This document shows, piece after piece, positions 39,121-39,832 of a DNA stretch of 39,832 nucleotides. Location of the stretch: the NCBI GenBank assembly GCA_903875555.1, contig CAIQWN010000033.1, forward strand, positions 1 to 39,832, written 5' to 3'. The stretch's first letter is position 1; each line of letters starts with the position of its first letter. Source of the DNA: an uncultured bacterium. Lineage in GTDB: Bacteria; Patescibacteriota; Minisyncoccia; Phycocordibacterales; UBA5272. The notes below the pieces were generated by a model. That model was not told where the DNA came from. It ran no database searches and saw only the letters and a list, made by a program, of their open reading frames with translations. A program made the translations under genes and the position numbers.

Positions 39121-39672
39121 ATGAAATTACACAACCTTGCATTTATCGATACCGAAACAACAGGAACAGATCCAGAGAAACACGAGATCATTGAACTTGC
39201 TGTGATTATTGCAAAGCAGGTTGAGAGACCAGGAAAGGGGCCTAAGCTTGAGATAATAACTGAAAAGGAGTGGAAGATCAAACCAGAACATTTGGAAACT
39301 GCAGAGGAGCAAGCGCTACGTGTAAACGGATACAATGAAGTTGATTGGATGTTCGCATCACCACTCAAAGGTGTAATGGAAGAGTTTGCAAAATTAACAG
39401 AAAGTTGTACATTTGTATCCCATAATTTAACGTTTGATTATAATTTTGTCGCGAAAGCTTTCGAAAAAACTGGAGTAGAAAATAGAATGCATTATGGAAA
39501 ATTAGATACGATCTCAATTGCATTTGCTCGTTTGTATGATGCACCACTTGCGGATAGATTTTCTCTTCGCGCACTTTGTGAATTATTAAAAGTAGATAAT
39601 ACAAAAGCCCACACTGCTCTTGCCGACACTCGAGCTTTGGTTGAGGTTTACAGAAAACTAATGGGAGCCTAA
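39121..39672 (+). CDS. DEDDh 3'-5' exonuclease (DnaQ-like)
   Basis: IDTETTG, HNLTFD, LDT, HTALAD. Confidence 0.92.
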   Translation: MKLHNLAFIDTETTGTDPEKHEIIELAVIIAKQVERPGKGPKLEIITEKEWKIKPEHLETAEEQALRVNGYNEVDWMFASPLKGVMEEFAKLTESCTFVSHNLTFDYNFVAKAFEKTGVENRMHYGKLDTISIAFARLYDAPLADRFSLRALCELLKVDNTKAHTALADTRALVEVYRKLMGA

Positions 39673-39711
39673 ATAGTTGGTGGTTTGTAGTTAATGGTTT
39701 TAAATACATTA

Positions 39712-39832
39712 GTGAGTTCAACAAGTAAGTGCAACACTTTAATATATTAAATATAATTAAAAGTGTATGAATTATAAGCATTTTACGATTGAAGAAAGAG
39801 AGAAAATACAAGAACTGTTCTGGCAAAAGAAA
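39712..39832 (+). mobile_element. Left end of a probable IS30-family element, truncated by the window end
   Basis: ORF from 39767, MNYKHFTIEEREKIQELFWQKK, resembles the IS30 N-terminal HTH; upstream TTCAA...AGTGCAACAC resembles an IS30-type IRL. Confidence 0.7.

Overview
A very AT-rich bacterial chromosome segment using the standard genetic code. Gene content and style point to Patescibacteria/CPR, Parcubacteria-like (inference). It holds a type IV pilus locus with no secretin in this window (pilMNO, a PilP-position gene, pilB, pilT, pilC, pilin, pilD, four minor pilins). Housekeeping genes follow: ligA, tRNA-Asn, raiA, two PPIases, def-fmt, two mreB, holB-like, frr, rseP, proS, mreC-mrdA, HIT, leuS with a Nudix insertion, mltG and a DEDDh exonuclease. 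The window ends in the 5' end of a probable IS30. The most interesting signals are intergenic. (1) A small GIY-YIG nuclease gene sits between perfect 31-bp hairpin-containing inverted repeats, and an empty derivative with compensatory base changes lies 10 kb away. (2) There appear to be two translation-initiation regimes: many core genes are TGnTAnnnT-6 nt-ATG (leaderless-like) with no Shine-Dalgarno (SD), while about eight scattered ORFans look like self-contained promoter-SD-ORF-terminator cassettes. One of these is bounded by a perfect 36-bp direct repeat and carries NlpC/P60-like motifs. (3) An unannotated 47-aa membrane ORF occupies the mreD slot. (4) Several families of small palindromic or GA-rich elements occur, including one in a duplicated tRNA 5' end and one in frame in ligA. 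All calls come from reading motifs by eye; no database searches were run.
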